Source of the DNA: Macrostomum lignano
Taxonomy: Eukaryota
Length of the DNA stretch: 64,000 nucleotides
Assembly (NCBI GenBank): GCA_002269645.1
Contig: NIVC01000345.1
Coordinates: 77,485 to 141,484, forward strand
Direction: 5' to 3'
Under the pieces are notes generated by a model that saw only the letters and a list, made by a program, of their open reading frames with translations, made no database searches and was not told where the DNA came from. The position numbers and the translations under genes were made by a program. The first letter of the stretch is position 1. Every line of letters starts with the position of its first letter. This document shows positions 36,201 through 47,529 of this stretch, one piece after another.

Positions 36201-39200
36201 GTCAATCAAGCTGCTAAAAATGTCAATCAAGCTGATAAAAATATCAATCAAGTTGATAAAAATATCAATCAAACTAATAAAATGTCAATCAAACTGATAA
36301 AAATGTCAATCAAGCTGATAAAAATATCAATCAAACTAATAAAATGTCAATCAAACTAATAAAAATGTCAATCAAGCTGATAAAATGTCAATCAAGCTGA
36401 TAAAAATGTCAATCAAGCTGATAAAAATGTCAATCAAGTTGATAAAATGTCAATCAAACTAATAAAAATGTCAATCAAGCTGATAAAAATGTCAATCAAG
36501 TTGATAGAAAAATCAATCAAGCTGATAAAATGTCAATCAAGCTGATAAAAATGTCAATCAAACTCATAAAATGTCAATCCAACTGATAAAAATGTCAATC
36601 GAGCTGATAAAAACATCTATCCAGTTGATAAAATCCAGTGATCCACTTAATTGGGCTTTTGATAACTTGATTAACTACCTGTGCATGCTAACAAATGAGT
36701 AGACTGAATCTTTTTCATCTCGACAAAATAGCTATTTCTCTTTATTTTTTCCTAAATTAACAATCGCGCAAAAGAAGTAAAGATTTTTCATTAATTTGCA
36801 GAGTTTTATATTTATCAATGGAGATTTCATTCCCTTAAGTCCTAATGAGTTGAAGAGTGAGCTAAATTGGCCAGCTTATGAAACTTTACTAACAACTTCA
36901 ATAAAATATTTCTATTCCTTTGTTTCAGGCATTCGCCTGGTTCTCAGACCTTCTAGTTGAGCACGCTGAAATATTCTGGGCCAAATTCGCGGTCGATATG
37001 CTCACGGTGCTTGAGAACCAGCCGCCGGACGTGTGGGACTCGTTCCCTCTGTTCCAACTGCTCAATGACTACCTTAGATCTGATGGTGAGCCTTGCGGTG
37101 ACTCATGCTGCACTCTACTCTACTCTACTCCACTCTACTCCACTCTACTCCACTCTACTCTACTCCACTCTACTCTACTCTACTCCACTCTACTATACTT
37201 CCTCTACTCTATACTACTCTACTCCACTCTACTCTATTCTACTCCACTCTACTCTAGTCTACTCCATTCTACTCCATTCTATTCCACTCTACTTCACTCT
37301 ACTCTATTGTACTCCATTCTACTCCATTCTACTCCACTCTACTCTACTCCACTCTACTCTACTCTACTCTACTCTACTCCACTCTACTCTACTCTACTCT
37401 ACTCTACTCTACTCTACTCTACTCCACTCTACTCTACTCTACTCTACTCTTCTCTACTCTACTCCACTCTACTCTACTCTACTCCACTCTACTCTACTCT
37501 ACTCTACTCCACTCTACTCTACTCTACTCTACTCCACTCTACTCTACTCTACTCTACTCCACTCTACTATACTTCCTCTACTCTATACTACTCTACTTTA
37601 CAGTACTCCTCACTCTACCTAAATTTACCCTAATTCTTCACCAACCCCAACAGCGAACCTTCGCAGCGGCAAATTCCACCAGCAGCTGCGCGACATCTTT
37701 GCTCCCCAAGTGGTTCGCTATGTGGACCTGATGGAGTCCTCCATCGCCCAGTCCATACACAAAGGCTTCGAGAAGGAGCGCTGGACTTTAAAGGGTGCCG
37801 GCTGCTCCAGCAGCGAAGACCTGCTGTGGAAACTGGAAGCTCTGCAGTCGTTCATCTCGGATCTGCACTGGCCAGACCCCGTGTTTGCTGAGCACCTGGA
37901 CAACCGGCTCAAGCTCATGGCTGCCGACATGCTTGAAGCGGCTGGCAAGAGGACCGTGTCCGCATTTGAGACCATCATGAAACGGACTAGCAAGAGTACA
38001 GATTTTCTGCTGCCTGTGGAAGTGTGCGTCATGTTGAATACATGCGTTAGTTTGAAGGCTAGCGTGTTTAAACTCTGCACCATGGGCGCTGGGGAGAATA
38101 TGGTGAGTGACATTGTACTTGGGAAATTGTGGATTAAACTGTTTTTTTACATTCCCGAATGAATTTAGGTGTCAAATGGTAGATTAACTTTTTAGTGAAT
38201 TGTAGAGTGACAGTATAACCGTGTAGAGTGACATTAAAAACTCGTAGAATGGCATAAACATGTAGTGACATTATAAACATGTGGAGTGACACTATAAACT
38301 CGTAGAATGACATCAACATGTAGTGACACTATAAACATGTAAAGTGACACTATAAACATGTAGAGTGACATTATACACATGCGGAGTGACATTATAAACA
38401 CGTTAGAGTGACATTATAAACACGCTGGCGTGACACTATAAGCATGTAAAGTGACACTATAAACATGTAAAGTGACACTATAAACATGTAGAGTGACATT
38501 ATAAACATGCGGAGTGACATTATAAACTCGTAGAATGACATCAACATGTAGTGACACTATAAACATGTAAAGTGACACTATAAACATGTAAAGTGACACT
38601 ATAAACATGTAAAGCGACACTATAAACATGTAGAGTGACACTATAAACATGCGGAGTGACATTATAAACACGTTAGAGTGACATTATAAACACGTTGGAG
38701 TGACACTATAAACATGTGGAGTGACACTATAAACATGTGGAGTGACACTATAAACGTGGAGTGACACTATAAACATGTGGAGTGACACTATAAACATGTG
38801 GAGTGACACTATAAACATGTGGAGTGACACTATAAACATGTGGAGTGACACTATAAACATGTGGAGTGACACTATAAACATGTGGAGTGACACTATAAAC
38901 ATGTAGAGTGACATTATACACATGCGGAGTGACATTATAAACACGTTGGAGTGACTCTATGAACATGTGGAGTGACACTATAAACATGTGGAGTGACACT
39001 ATAAACATGTGGAGTGACACTATAAACATGTGGAGTGACACTATAAACACGCACTCTCCATTCCCGCCTAGCAGCACGAGTACCACACCAAGACAGACGA
39101 ATTCCTGGAAGGCATTCAATCGCGAATCACGGGCGGTATCATCACCCGCTTCGGCGAGGTGCTGGAAGGCCTCCTGGTCAGACTGGCTCGCTACGATGAG

Positions 39201-41414
39201 ACCGCCATGTTCTCAAGTATTCTGTCTATTGCTAAGCCTACTGACGAGATTGGCAAAGAGTACATTGAGTTCTGCAGCTCAAATCTGGAACAGATCAGGC
39301 ATCATATCTATGATGAGCTGCTAGTGCTGAGTCTGTTTGATGTGAGCAGAATCCCAATTCTAAAAATATCTTATTTCCAAATCCCAATTCTAAAGAATCC
39401 CCATTTCTTAATTCCAATTCTAAAAATCCCAATTTCCCAATTCCGATTCTAAGTTTCATAATTTCCTAATCCCGAGTTCCAAATCCCAATTATAAAAATC
39501 TCCCATTTTTCAAATCTCAATTCTAGAAGTCTACATTTTCAAATCTAATTTCTAAAAATATCCCATTCCCAAATCTTAATTCTAAAAATATCCCATCACA
39601 AATCATAATTCTAAAAATATTCCATCACAAATCTTAATTATAAAAATATCCCATCACAAATCTTAATTCTAAAAATATTCCATCACAAATCTTAATTCTA
39701 AAAATATTCCATCACAAATCTTAATTATAAAAATATCCCATCCCAAATCTTAATTATAAAAATATCCCATCCCAAATCTTAATTCAAAAAACATGCCATT
39801 CCCAAATCCCAAACCTCAAAATATCCCATTTCCAAATCCCAATTCTCAAAATATCCCATTTCCTAATCCAACCCTAAAAAGTATCCCATTTCTCAATCTC
39901 AACTCTAAAAATATCCCATTCCCAAATCCTAACTCTAAAAATATCCCATTTCCAAATCCCAATTCTCAAAATATCCCATTTCCAAATCCCAATTCTAAAA
40001 ATATTCCATTCTCAAATCGCATTTCAAAGAATCGCCTTCCCCATTCGGGCTTTCCAGAGCTGGTACAGCCGCCAAATCCGCCTAATTCACGACTGGCTGG
40101 TGAAGGACCGGGCCCAGGCCTCTCTGCACGCCTACCAAGTCACCTGTCTTGGATTTATCGTCAAAAAAGTTCACGGCGACTTTGAATTGCAAGGCGTCAC
40201 TCACGACGTGCTGGACACGAGACAGTATCAATCGCTGATTTCTAGAATTCAGGTTTGGAGTCTGTTTTCTATTGCTTCTTTTGTTTTCCATCTTTCTGCC
40301 ATCTTTCCCTGAGATTCTCCATGAGACTCTCCCTGAGATTCTCCATGACACTCTCCCTGAGATTCTTCATGAGATTCTCCCTGAGATTTTCTATGAGACT
40401 CTCCCTGAGATTCCCCATGAAACTCTCCCTGAGATTTTCCATGAGACTCTCCCTGAGATTTTCTATGAGACTCTCCCTGAGATTCTCCATGAGACTCTCC
40501 CTGAGATTCTCCATGAGACTCTCCCTGAGATTCTTCATGAGATTCTCCCTGAGATTCTCTATGAGACTCTCCCTGAGATTCTCTATGAGACTCTCCCTGA
40601 GATTCTCTATGAGACTCTCCCTGAGATTCTTCATGAGATTCTCCATGAGACTCTCCCTGAGATTCTCCATGAGACTCTCCCTGAGATTCTTCATGAGATT
40701 CTCCCTGAGATTCTCCCTTGAGATTCTCCATGAGACTCTCCCTGATATTCTCCATGAGACTCTCCCTGATATTCTCCATGAGACTCTCCCTGAGATTCTC
40801 AATGAGACTCTCCCTGAGATTATCCATGAGACTCTCCCTGAGATTATCCATGAGACTCTCCCTGAGATTCTCCATGAGACCCTCCCTGAGATTCTCCATG
40901 AGACTCTCCCTGAGATTATCCATGAGACTCTCCCTGAGATTCTCCATGAGACTCTCCCTGAGATTCTCCATGAGACTCTCCCTGAGATTCTCCCTGAGAT
41001 TCCAGCTGAGATTCTCCCTTGATATTCTCCATGAGACTTTCCCTAAAATTACATCGAGTGCTTCCAGGGATTGTCCAAGAGACTCTCCCTGAGATTCTCC
41101 TTAAAATTTCGGATAATTCATCAATTCTTACTGAGGCTTTTGCATCTACTATTAATCAAAACAGCTTTATTATTACAGATTACAATGTAATTCTAAGAAA
41201 CCGCCTCACTACCCTCCCGCACTGCCAGACCGAGGAGGCGACCCAATCGATAAAGATTGGCGAAGCCACCAGTTCGCCCAAGCCGGGCCCGAAGTCTCTT
41301 CTCGGCAGCATGGCCGGCTCATTTTCTTCACTTAGCAACGGCAAGCTGGCCACGTCGGGCCTGTCCTCCATCACCAGCAGTTTCTCAAATTTTCTGCCAA
41401 AATCATCCAATTGA
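10750..41414 (+). CDS. CADPS: Calcium-dependent secretion activator (CAPS/CADPS/UNC-31), about 1380 aa after correcting two -1 frameshifts
   Basis: Exons: 10750-11382, 12471-12910, 21196-21276, 21811-22056, 26751-26984, 28162-28365, 30783-31431, 31982-32147, 32252-32375, 33558-33664, 36929-37085, 37654-38102, 39072(or 39075)-39341, 40058-40252, 41229-41414. All are GT-AG with consistent phases. Hallmark CAPS peptides: [10 protein letters not shown] start, [42 protein letters not shown]2 [33 protein letters not shown]...[55 protein letters not shown]. Frameshifts near 12624-12627 and 30846-30850. Confidence 0.96.
11430..12417. repeat. 23-bp (CAGACAGTCCGTAGCGTCACAAC)n grading into a 45-bp unit, CAPS intron 1
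   Basis: Period 23 to about 12165, then period 45 (12181, 12226) for 5-6 copies. Confidence 0.93.
12965..14348. repeat. 24-bp minisatellite (CTTAGATCAGTGATGAGAATCGCC)n, block 1, CAPS intron 2
   Basis: Octapeptide periodicity (LRSVMRIA) in the ORF track. Confidence 0.95.
14834..16240. repeat. 22/19-bp minisatellite (CAGAGGCTGAGAAATGGAAGCT)n
   Basis: Period 22, with a 19-bp variant lacking CTC interspersed. Confidence 0.95.
16630..18158. repeat. 24-bp minisatellite, block 2 (same family as 12965-14348)
   Basis: Same unit; adds the variant CTTGAGTCAGGGATG and many CTCAAATCAATCATG-type units. Confidence 0.95.
19720..20800. repeat. 12-bp satellite (TAGTGTCTGTCT)n
   Basis: SVCL/SVLV tetrapeptide periodicity. 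Confidence 0.93.
21337..21758. repeat. 55-bp tandem repeat, CAPS intron 3
   Basis: GGCGGCAACTTCAAAGGATTTTTCATTTTTGGGTTATCAGGGCCATTACAGAGCC, about 7-8 copies. Confidence 0.9.
22083..22700. repeat. 21-bp minisatellite with GGCGCCAA core, CAPS intron 4
   Basis: GCGCCAACTTCACTGATTGGG grading to GGCGCCAAATTCCCTGTTTGG; heptapeptide periodicity. Confidence 0.92.
23225..24600. repeat. Pyrimidine-rich 14-15-bp repeat (CATCCCTCATCTCCC)n
   Basis: Direct inspection; S/P/H/I-rich spurious ORFs. Confidence 0.92.
25127..26640. repeat. 20-bp minisatellite (GGCGCCAAATTTAAGATCAA)n, about 75 copies
   Basis: Exact 20-bp register, visible as column alignment across 60-nt lines. Confidence 0.97.
27230..27950. 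repeat. 21-bp minisatellite (GGGATTAAAGGTGTTCTCAAC/A)n, CAPS intron 5
   Basis: LRTPLIP periodicity; degenerate lead-in from about 27030. Confidence 0.93.
28635..29195. repeat. 19-bp minisatellite (TAAACTGTACACTATAATG)n, CAPS intron 6
   Basis: Period 19 (28637, 28656). Confidence 0.92.
30060..30690. repeat. 25-bp minisatellite with TTGGCGCCAA core, CAPS intron 6
   Basis: About 10 perfect GGCGCCAAAACTTACTAGTCAGATT copies (about 30404-30663), preceded by diverged units. Confidence 0.93.
31505..31915. repeat. 20-bp minisatellite (GGCGCCAAACTCACCTCTGT)n, CAPS intron 7
   Basis: Period 20 (31511, 31531). Confidence 0.9.
32376..33245. repeat. (GTCT)n microsatellite, CAPS intron 9
   Basis: Begins at the GT donor itself. 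Confidence 0.97.
34347..34523. mobile_element. Palindromic dispersed repeat (MITE-like); second copy at about 60400-60830
   Basis: AAAATTGTTATTGCTTTTGAT is present as a perfect inverted pair within the element, and again at 60400-60420 followed by a similar (A/G)GGAGG.AGACCC. Confidence 0.65.
35025..36635. repeat. 20/21-bp minisatellite (TCAATCAAGTTGATAAAATG)n, CAPS intron 10
   Basis: Period 20 (35121, 35141), with an extra-A variant. Confidence 0.96.
37108..37620. repeat. (CTACT)n/(CTCCA)n pentanucleotide repeat, CAPS intron 11
   Basis: Direct inspection. Confidence 0.95.
38205..39048. repeat. 21-bp minisatellite (GTGGAGTGACACTATAAACAT)n, CAPS intron 12
   Basis: MFIVSLH periodicity. Confidence 0.93.
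39350..40025. repeat. Degenerate 28-30-bp repeat (AAAATATCCCATTCCCAAATCC.AATTCT)n, CAPS intron 13
   Basis: Decapeptide [10 protein letters not shown] periodicity. Confidence 0.85.
40305..41100. repeat. 24-bp minisatellite (CTGAGATTCTCCATGAGACTCTCC)n, CAPS intron 14
   Basis: LRFSMRLS periodicity. Confidence 0.94.
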
Positions 41415-41534
41415 TTTGAAATGTGCGATCGATAAGTTTTTTTTCTGGCGTTGCTGACTTTATGATTTGATTTGCTTTTAGCATGGTGCGTGGATTAAAC
41501 TTTTTTGAAGTATTGAATTGTGCAGAGTCTAGCC

Positions 41535-42435
41535 TGACTACCCAATCGTCTACGCTGACTAGCTACCCAATAGACTACTTTGACTACCCAATATTGTACT
41601 ATGACTACCCAATAGTCTACCCTGACTTACCCAATAGTCTACTTGACTACCTAATAGTCTACCCTGACTACCAAATAGTCTACCCTGACTACCAAATAGT
41701 CTACCCTGACTACCAAATAATCTACCCTGACTACCCAATAGTCTACCCTGACTTACCCAATAGTCTACTTGACTACCTAAAAGTCTACCCTGACTATCCA
41801 ATAGTCTACTTTGACTACCCAATAGTCTACCCTGACTTACCCAATAGTCTACTTGACTACCTAATAGTCTACCCTGACTACCAAATAGTCTACCCTGACT
41901 ACCAAATAATCTACCCTGACTACCCAATAGTCTACTTGACTACCTAAAAGTCTACCCTGACTACCCAATAGTCTACTCTGACTACCAAATAGTCTACCCT
42001 GACTACCAAATAGTCTACCCTGACTACCAAATAGTCTACTTTGACTACCCAATAGTCTACTTGACTACCAAATAGTCTACCCTGACTATCCAATAGTCTA
42101 CTTTGACTACCCAATAGTCTACCCTGACTACCCAATAGTCTACCCTGACTACCAAATAGTCTACCCTGACTACCAAATAGTCTACTTTGACTACCCAATA
42201 GTCTACTTGACTACCTAATAGTCTACCCTGACTACCCAATAGTCTACTTGACTACCTAATAGTCTACCCTGACTACCCAATAGTCTACTTGACTACCTAA
42301 TAGTCTACCCTGACTACCCAATAGTCTACTTGACTACCTAAAAGTCTACCCTGACTATCCAATAGTCTACTTTGACTACCCAATAGTCTACCCTGACTAC
42401 CCAATAGTTTACCCTGACTACCCAATAGTCTACTG
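41535..42435. repeat. 21/20-bp minisatellite (CTACCCTGACTACCCAATAGT)n just 3' of the CAPS stop
   Basis: GSQGRLF periodicity on the minus strand. Confidence 0.93.
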
Positions 42436-43494
42436 GGAAGTTGTCTAATGCCTTCTAAAATTAAGATGCTCTCAACAAATGCTACTCCAGCTCTACAATT
42501 TATCACTTCACTATCCAATCCAATCTTTGACTTTATTTGATTAAACTATTTTTTTGCGCCTACAATTTTTTTTGTTTGTTTTTTCGCTTTCTTCAATCTT
42601 AACAAAGCAATGCGGCCTATTGACATGTTTTTACCCTCTATATAACATAGCATAGCTGATTTGGTAAGCTGGGGAAAGTATTTTCTCATGTTACCATGCA
42701 ATACACTTCAAAATGTAGTTATCGCTCAGTTACATTGTGTTGTGACTCAAACTTCGGAATTTTTTCTATTGTAGCTCGTAGTTCGAGTTTTTTGTGCAAT
42801 TTTGTGTCTGACACGGGTGAATTTTGATTTATGATTATTTTTGCTGGATCTTTGTTCATTTTTTGAGCAACTGTTGCGTTTTCTAAGAAATGAAAGATTC
42901 GCTTTTGAGCAGCTCTGAATGTGGTGTAACAAAAGTATGTTGCTTGCATTCCCACCATGCTACTGACAGTTTGCCATTTCACAAGTAGCATGATAAGGAT
43001 ATTGATACATTCAACTTTATTCAGTTTCAATTTCGCTTTTACAGTTTCAACAGAATTCCAATCGAGTTCTGCTACTATCAAGTAGCTGTTTGCAAATATC
43101 TACGTTGCAATAAAATATTCTAATTTGCCAGTGGGTTTTTTAATTCCTTGAGAATTGAAAGATTTATTTTTTGTTGTGGCTATCAATGTGAGTATTGTAT
43201 TATTGCTGTTGTCATTTTGTTTAACCGTATTAAAAAGTGGCTGATTTGAATTTGGTTAAGTTATATTTTTGTCTGTGTTTTTTTACTGTTTTTTGGCAAT
43301 AATATTACATGGTACAGTGATACATATAGAGCTGATAGTAGTAACATGAGTCCGTTTTTTGCATAAATTATATTGCTGCTGGCACTGCTCGAATATTTTA
43401 TAGTATCGTGTCTTTTTGCTTTTTCTTGAATCTTTGGAGCTAAATTCAACTTAGAGAATGTTTTTAAGGTACGAGGTATAGGGTCAAGCTGTTA

Positions 43495-45670
43495 GATATG
43501 ACGCCAAGTTGTTATGGGTGTTGAAACTAAACAGGGTGTTAGACACGACGCTAAACAGCGTGTTAAACACGACACTAAAAAGGTGTTAGACACGGTGTTA
43601 ATATGCGTTAGGCACGACGCTAAACAGGGTGTTAGACACGACGCTAAACAGGGTGTTAGACACGACACTAAACAGGGTGTTAGACACGGTGTTATTATGT
43701 GTTAGACACGACGCTAAACAGGGTGTTAGACACGGCATTAAACAGGGTGTTAGACACGACGCTAAACAGGGTGTTAGACACGACGCTAAACAGGATGTTA
43801 GACACGGAGCTAAACAGGGTCTTAGACACGACACTAAACAGGATGTTAGACACGGAGCTAAACAGGGTGTTAGACACGACGCTAAACAGGGTGTTAGACA
43901 CGACGCTAAACAGGGTGTTAGACACGGTTTTGAATATGTGTTAGACACTACGCTAAACAGGGTGTTAGACAGGGCACTAAACAGGGTGTTAGACGGGGTG
44001 TTAAATATGTATTAGACACGACGCTAAACAGGGTGTTAGATACGGTGCTAAACAGGGTGTTAGGCACTGCACTAAACAAGGTGTTAGACACGGTGTTAAT
44101 ATGAGTTAGACACGACGCTAAACAGGGTGTTAGACACGTCACTAAACAGTGTGTTAGACAAGGCACTAAACAGGGTGTTAGGCACGGCACTAAACAGGGT
44201 GTTAGAAACGGCACTAAGCAGGGTGTTAGACACGACGCTAAACAGGGTGTTAGACACGACGCTAAACAGGGTGTTAGACACGGCACTGAAAGTTGTTAGA
44301 CACGACGCTAAACAGGGTGTTAGATACGGTGCTAAACAGGGTGTTAGGCACTGCACTAAACAAGGTGTTAGACACGGTGTTAATATGAGTTAGACACGAC
44401 GCTAAACAGGGTGTTAGACACGTCACTAAACAGTGTGTTAGACAAGGCACTAAACAGGGTGTTAGGCACGGCACTAAACAGGGTGTTAGAAACGGCACTA
44501 AGCAGGGTGTTAGACACGACGCTAAACAGGGTGTTAGACACGACGCTAAACAGGGTGTTAGACACGGCACTGAAAGGTGTTAGACACGACGCTAAACAGG
44601 GTGTTAGACACGGCACTGAAAGGTGTTAGACACGACGTTAAACAGGGTGTTAGGCACGGCACTAAACAGGGTGTTAGACGGGGTGTTAAATATGTATTAG
44701 ACACGACGCTAAACAGGGTGTTAGACACGACGCTAAACAGGGTGTTAGACACGACGCTAAGCAGGGTGTTAGACACGGTGTTAAATATGTGTTAGACACG
44801 ACGCTAAACAGGGTGTTAGACACGACGCTAAGCAGGGTGTTAGACACGGCACTAAACAGGGTGTTAGACACGACGCTAAACAGGGTGTTAGACACGGTGT
44901 TAATATAAGTTAGACACGACGCTAAACAGGGTGTTAGGCACGGCACTAAACAGGGTGTTAGACGGGGTGTTAAATATGTATTAGACACGACGCTAAACAG
45001 GGTGTTAGACACGACGCTAAACAGGGTGTTAGACACGACGCTAAGCAGGGTGTTAGACACGGTGTTAAATATGTGTTAGACACGGCACTAAACAGGGTGT
45101 TAGACACGACGCTAAGTAAGGTGTTAGACACGACGCTAAACAGGGTGTTAGAAACGGCACTAAACAGTGTGTTAGACACGGCACTAAACAGTGTGTTAGA
45201 CACGGCACTAAACAGGGTGTTAGGCACGGCACTAAACAGGGTGTTAGAAACGGACTAAACAGGGTGTTAGACACGACGCTAAACAGGATGTTAGACACGA
45301 CGCTAAACAGGGTGTTAGACACAGGGTGCTAAACAGTGTGTTAGACACGGCACTAAACAGTGTGTTAGACACGGCACTAAACAGGGTGTTAGGCACGGCA
45401 CTAAACAGGGTGTTAGAAACGGCACTAAGCAGGGTGTTAGACACGACGCTAAACAGGGTGTTAGACACGACGCTAAGCAGGGTGTTAGACACGGCACTAA
45501 ACAGGGTGTTAGAGACGGTGTTAAATATGTGTTGGACACGGCACTAAACAGGGTGTTAGACACGACGCTAAAAAGGTGTTAGACACGACGCTAAACAGGG
45601 TGTTAGACACAGGGTGCTAAACAGGCTCTTAGACACGACAGTTAACGCGGCGCAAAACAGATGTTAGACA
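43495..45670. repeat. 24-bp minisatellite (TAAACAGGGTGTTAGACACGACGC)n
   Basis: LDTTLNRV periodicity; includes repeated multi-unit blocks (e.g. about 44010-44290 recurs at about 44310-44590). Confidence 0.94.
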
Positions 45671-46224
45671 CAGCATATTAGCTTTATTTAGCGCCATCAG
45701 GCTTTACACACAGTTATATTTTCTGTTCTTATATGAAATTAATACTAGTACATACTGCTCTTCAAAGGCATTCATACTATAATTTCTGAATGAGTCAGTT
45801 CGTTCCCTGTTAAAATATTTCTCGTAGAAGCGACACAATCAGACGCCACTGCAGTTTGGTGCTACTTTGAACACCAACCAGCATTTTATGTAGCGGAATC
45901 TTGCATGCACTGCGCTAGGCTCAAGCTGAAGAGACTCTCTCATTTTTCCATGCGATTCGTCTTTTAACTGGGAATGAGAGAAATAGTTCTAGCGATGATT
46001 CTATAAAGAAAAATATTGTAACAGTATCTGTCCTCTGCACCGAAGTTCGGGAGGAAAGCGCTTGTGTTTTATTTCAGAAGACTACTATGAGATAAAGAAG
46101 GAAAGAAGGACAGGCACTCGGGACTGACACTAAGACTGACACTTAGTGCTGACACTAAGACTGACACTTAGGGCTTACACTAAGACTGACACTTAGTGCT
46201 GACACTAAGACTGACACTGAAACA

Positions 46225-46633
46225 AGTATTGGTTTTGTCAGCCTAACTGAGAATAAAGCCATCCAAAGTGAGAATCCTGCCTACGCTGACTGCGAAGGGC
46301 CTGGCTGCGTGCAGCCTTAGTCTATGGGCCATAGACTATAAAGGACAAGCAAAGTGATAAAAAGCCATCCAATGTGAGAATCCTGCCTACGCTGAATACG
46401 AAGGGCCTAGCTGCGTCCAGCCTAGTCTATGAGCCATAGACTATAAAGGACAAGCAAAGTTTTAAAAGACCAATCGATTCTCACATTGGATGGCTTTTTA
46501 TCACTTTGCTTGTCCTTTATTGTCTATGGCCCATAGACTAAGGCTGCACGCAGCCAGGCCCTTCGCCGTAAGCGTAGGCAGGATTCTCACTTTGGATGGC
46601 TTTGTTCTCAGTTGGGCTGACAAAACCAATACT
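46225..46633. repeat. Long inverted repeat with internal duplication of one arm
   Basis: Arms of about 157 bp at 46225-46381 and 46477-46633. The spacer repeats the inner part of the left arm. Flanked by degenerate GACACT/ACAG repeats. Confidence 0.85.
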
Positions 46634-47326
46634 AAAACAGAGTACAGACACTACATACAGACACTGCAGACAGTCACTAAAGAAAGACACTAAGACTGTC
46701 AGTAAGACACACCGAGACAGACACTAGGACAGACGCTACAGACAGACACTGAAACAAACCCTACAGACGGATACAAAGACAGACACTGAGACAGACCGAC
46801 ACAGACAGACACTGAGACAGACCCTACAGACAGACCCTACAGCAGACCCTACAGACAGACACTACAGACAGAAACATTTGTTGAAAATATTGCATGCTAC
46901 CCGGCCTGCTTGTTAGCAGCATGCAGGCGCTGAGGCTGAAGTGTGTTAACCGAAGCGCAACTAAGAAGGATCAGAGAGAGAGAGAGAGAGAGAGAGAAAG
47001 GCAGGGCCGCAGCAACCAACCGATGAACCAACATGCAGAGCCAAGCCTGCAGCACTTCATCTTCGGACAGATTTTACCCCAGCTCTGACCCCAAGCGTAC
47101 ATGCAGACCATGCAGTCAACCAAAGCCAACCACCTCAAGCTGACGGGGGTTTACCAGCTTAGTTGCGATGGCATGTTGATAAATTGATGCTGCAGCATAT
47201 TTCGGTAACCAGTCAGTCAGGAAGGTGCTTTAAATTCCTTAGCATTTTGCCGCACCCTCAGTCGGATTCAAGTTGAATTTGTGAAAGGAAATCAATTCAA
47301 ATAATTATTCTTGTTTTGAAACTGAG

Positions 47327-47415
47327 ATGGCCCAGCATCAACAGCATCAGCATCAGCAGCCGGCCCCGCCTCCGCCTCCACCAATTAGGACTACGGCGGA
47401 GCTGCAGCATCATAA
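47327..47415 (+). CDS. Candidate orphan coding exon (MAQHQQHQHQQPAPPPPPPIRTTAELQHH)
   Basis: ATG in gagATGG context, Gln/His/Pro-rich GC-rich frame, perfect aa|GTGAGT donor at 47416, followed by a minisatellite as in other introns here. Downstream partner exon not established. Confidence 0.4.
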
Positions 47416-47529
47416 GTGAGTTTTTGGGTAGACATACGATGGATCTGCTTTTATGGTGCGAAGTTTTTAGCTGTCTCGTTTTAATATCTATAATTTTACT
47501 TGTACATCAAGGTTTTTATCTTCATGGCA

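Noticed and set aside
41229-41414. CAPS C-terminus lacking the vertebrate acidic tail
   Set aside because: Ser/Gly-rich divergent tails are usual in invertebrate CAPS as I recall, so it is not treated as novel.
42719-43081. 120-aa minus-strand ORF downstream of CAPS
   Set aside because: No ATG-supported start, no recognisable domain and no supporting splice structure.
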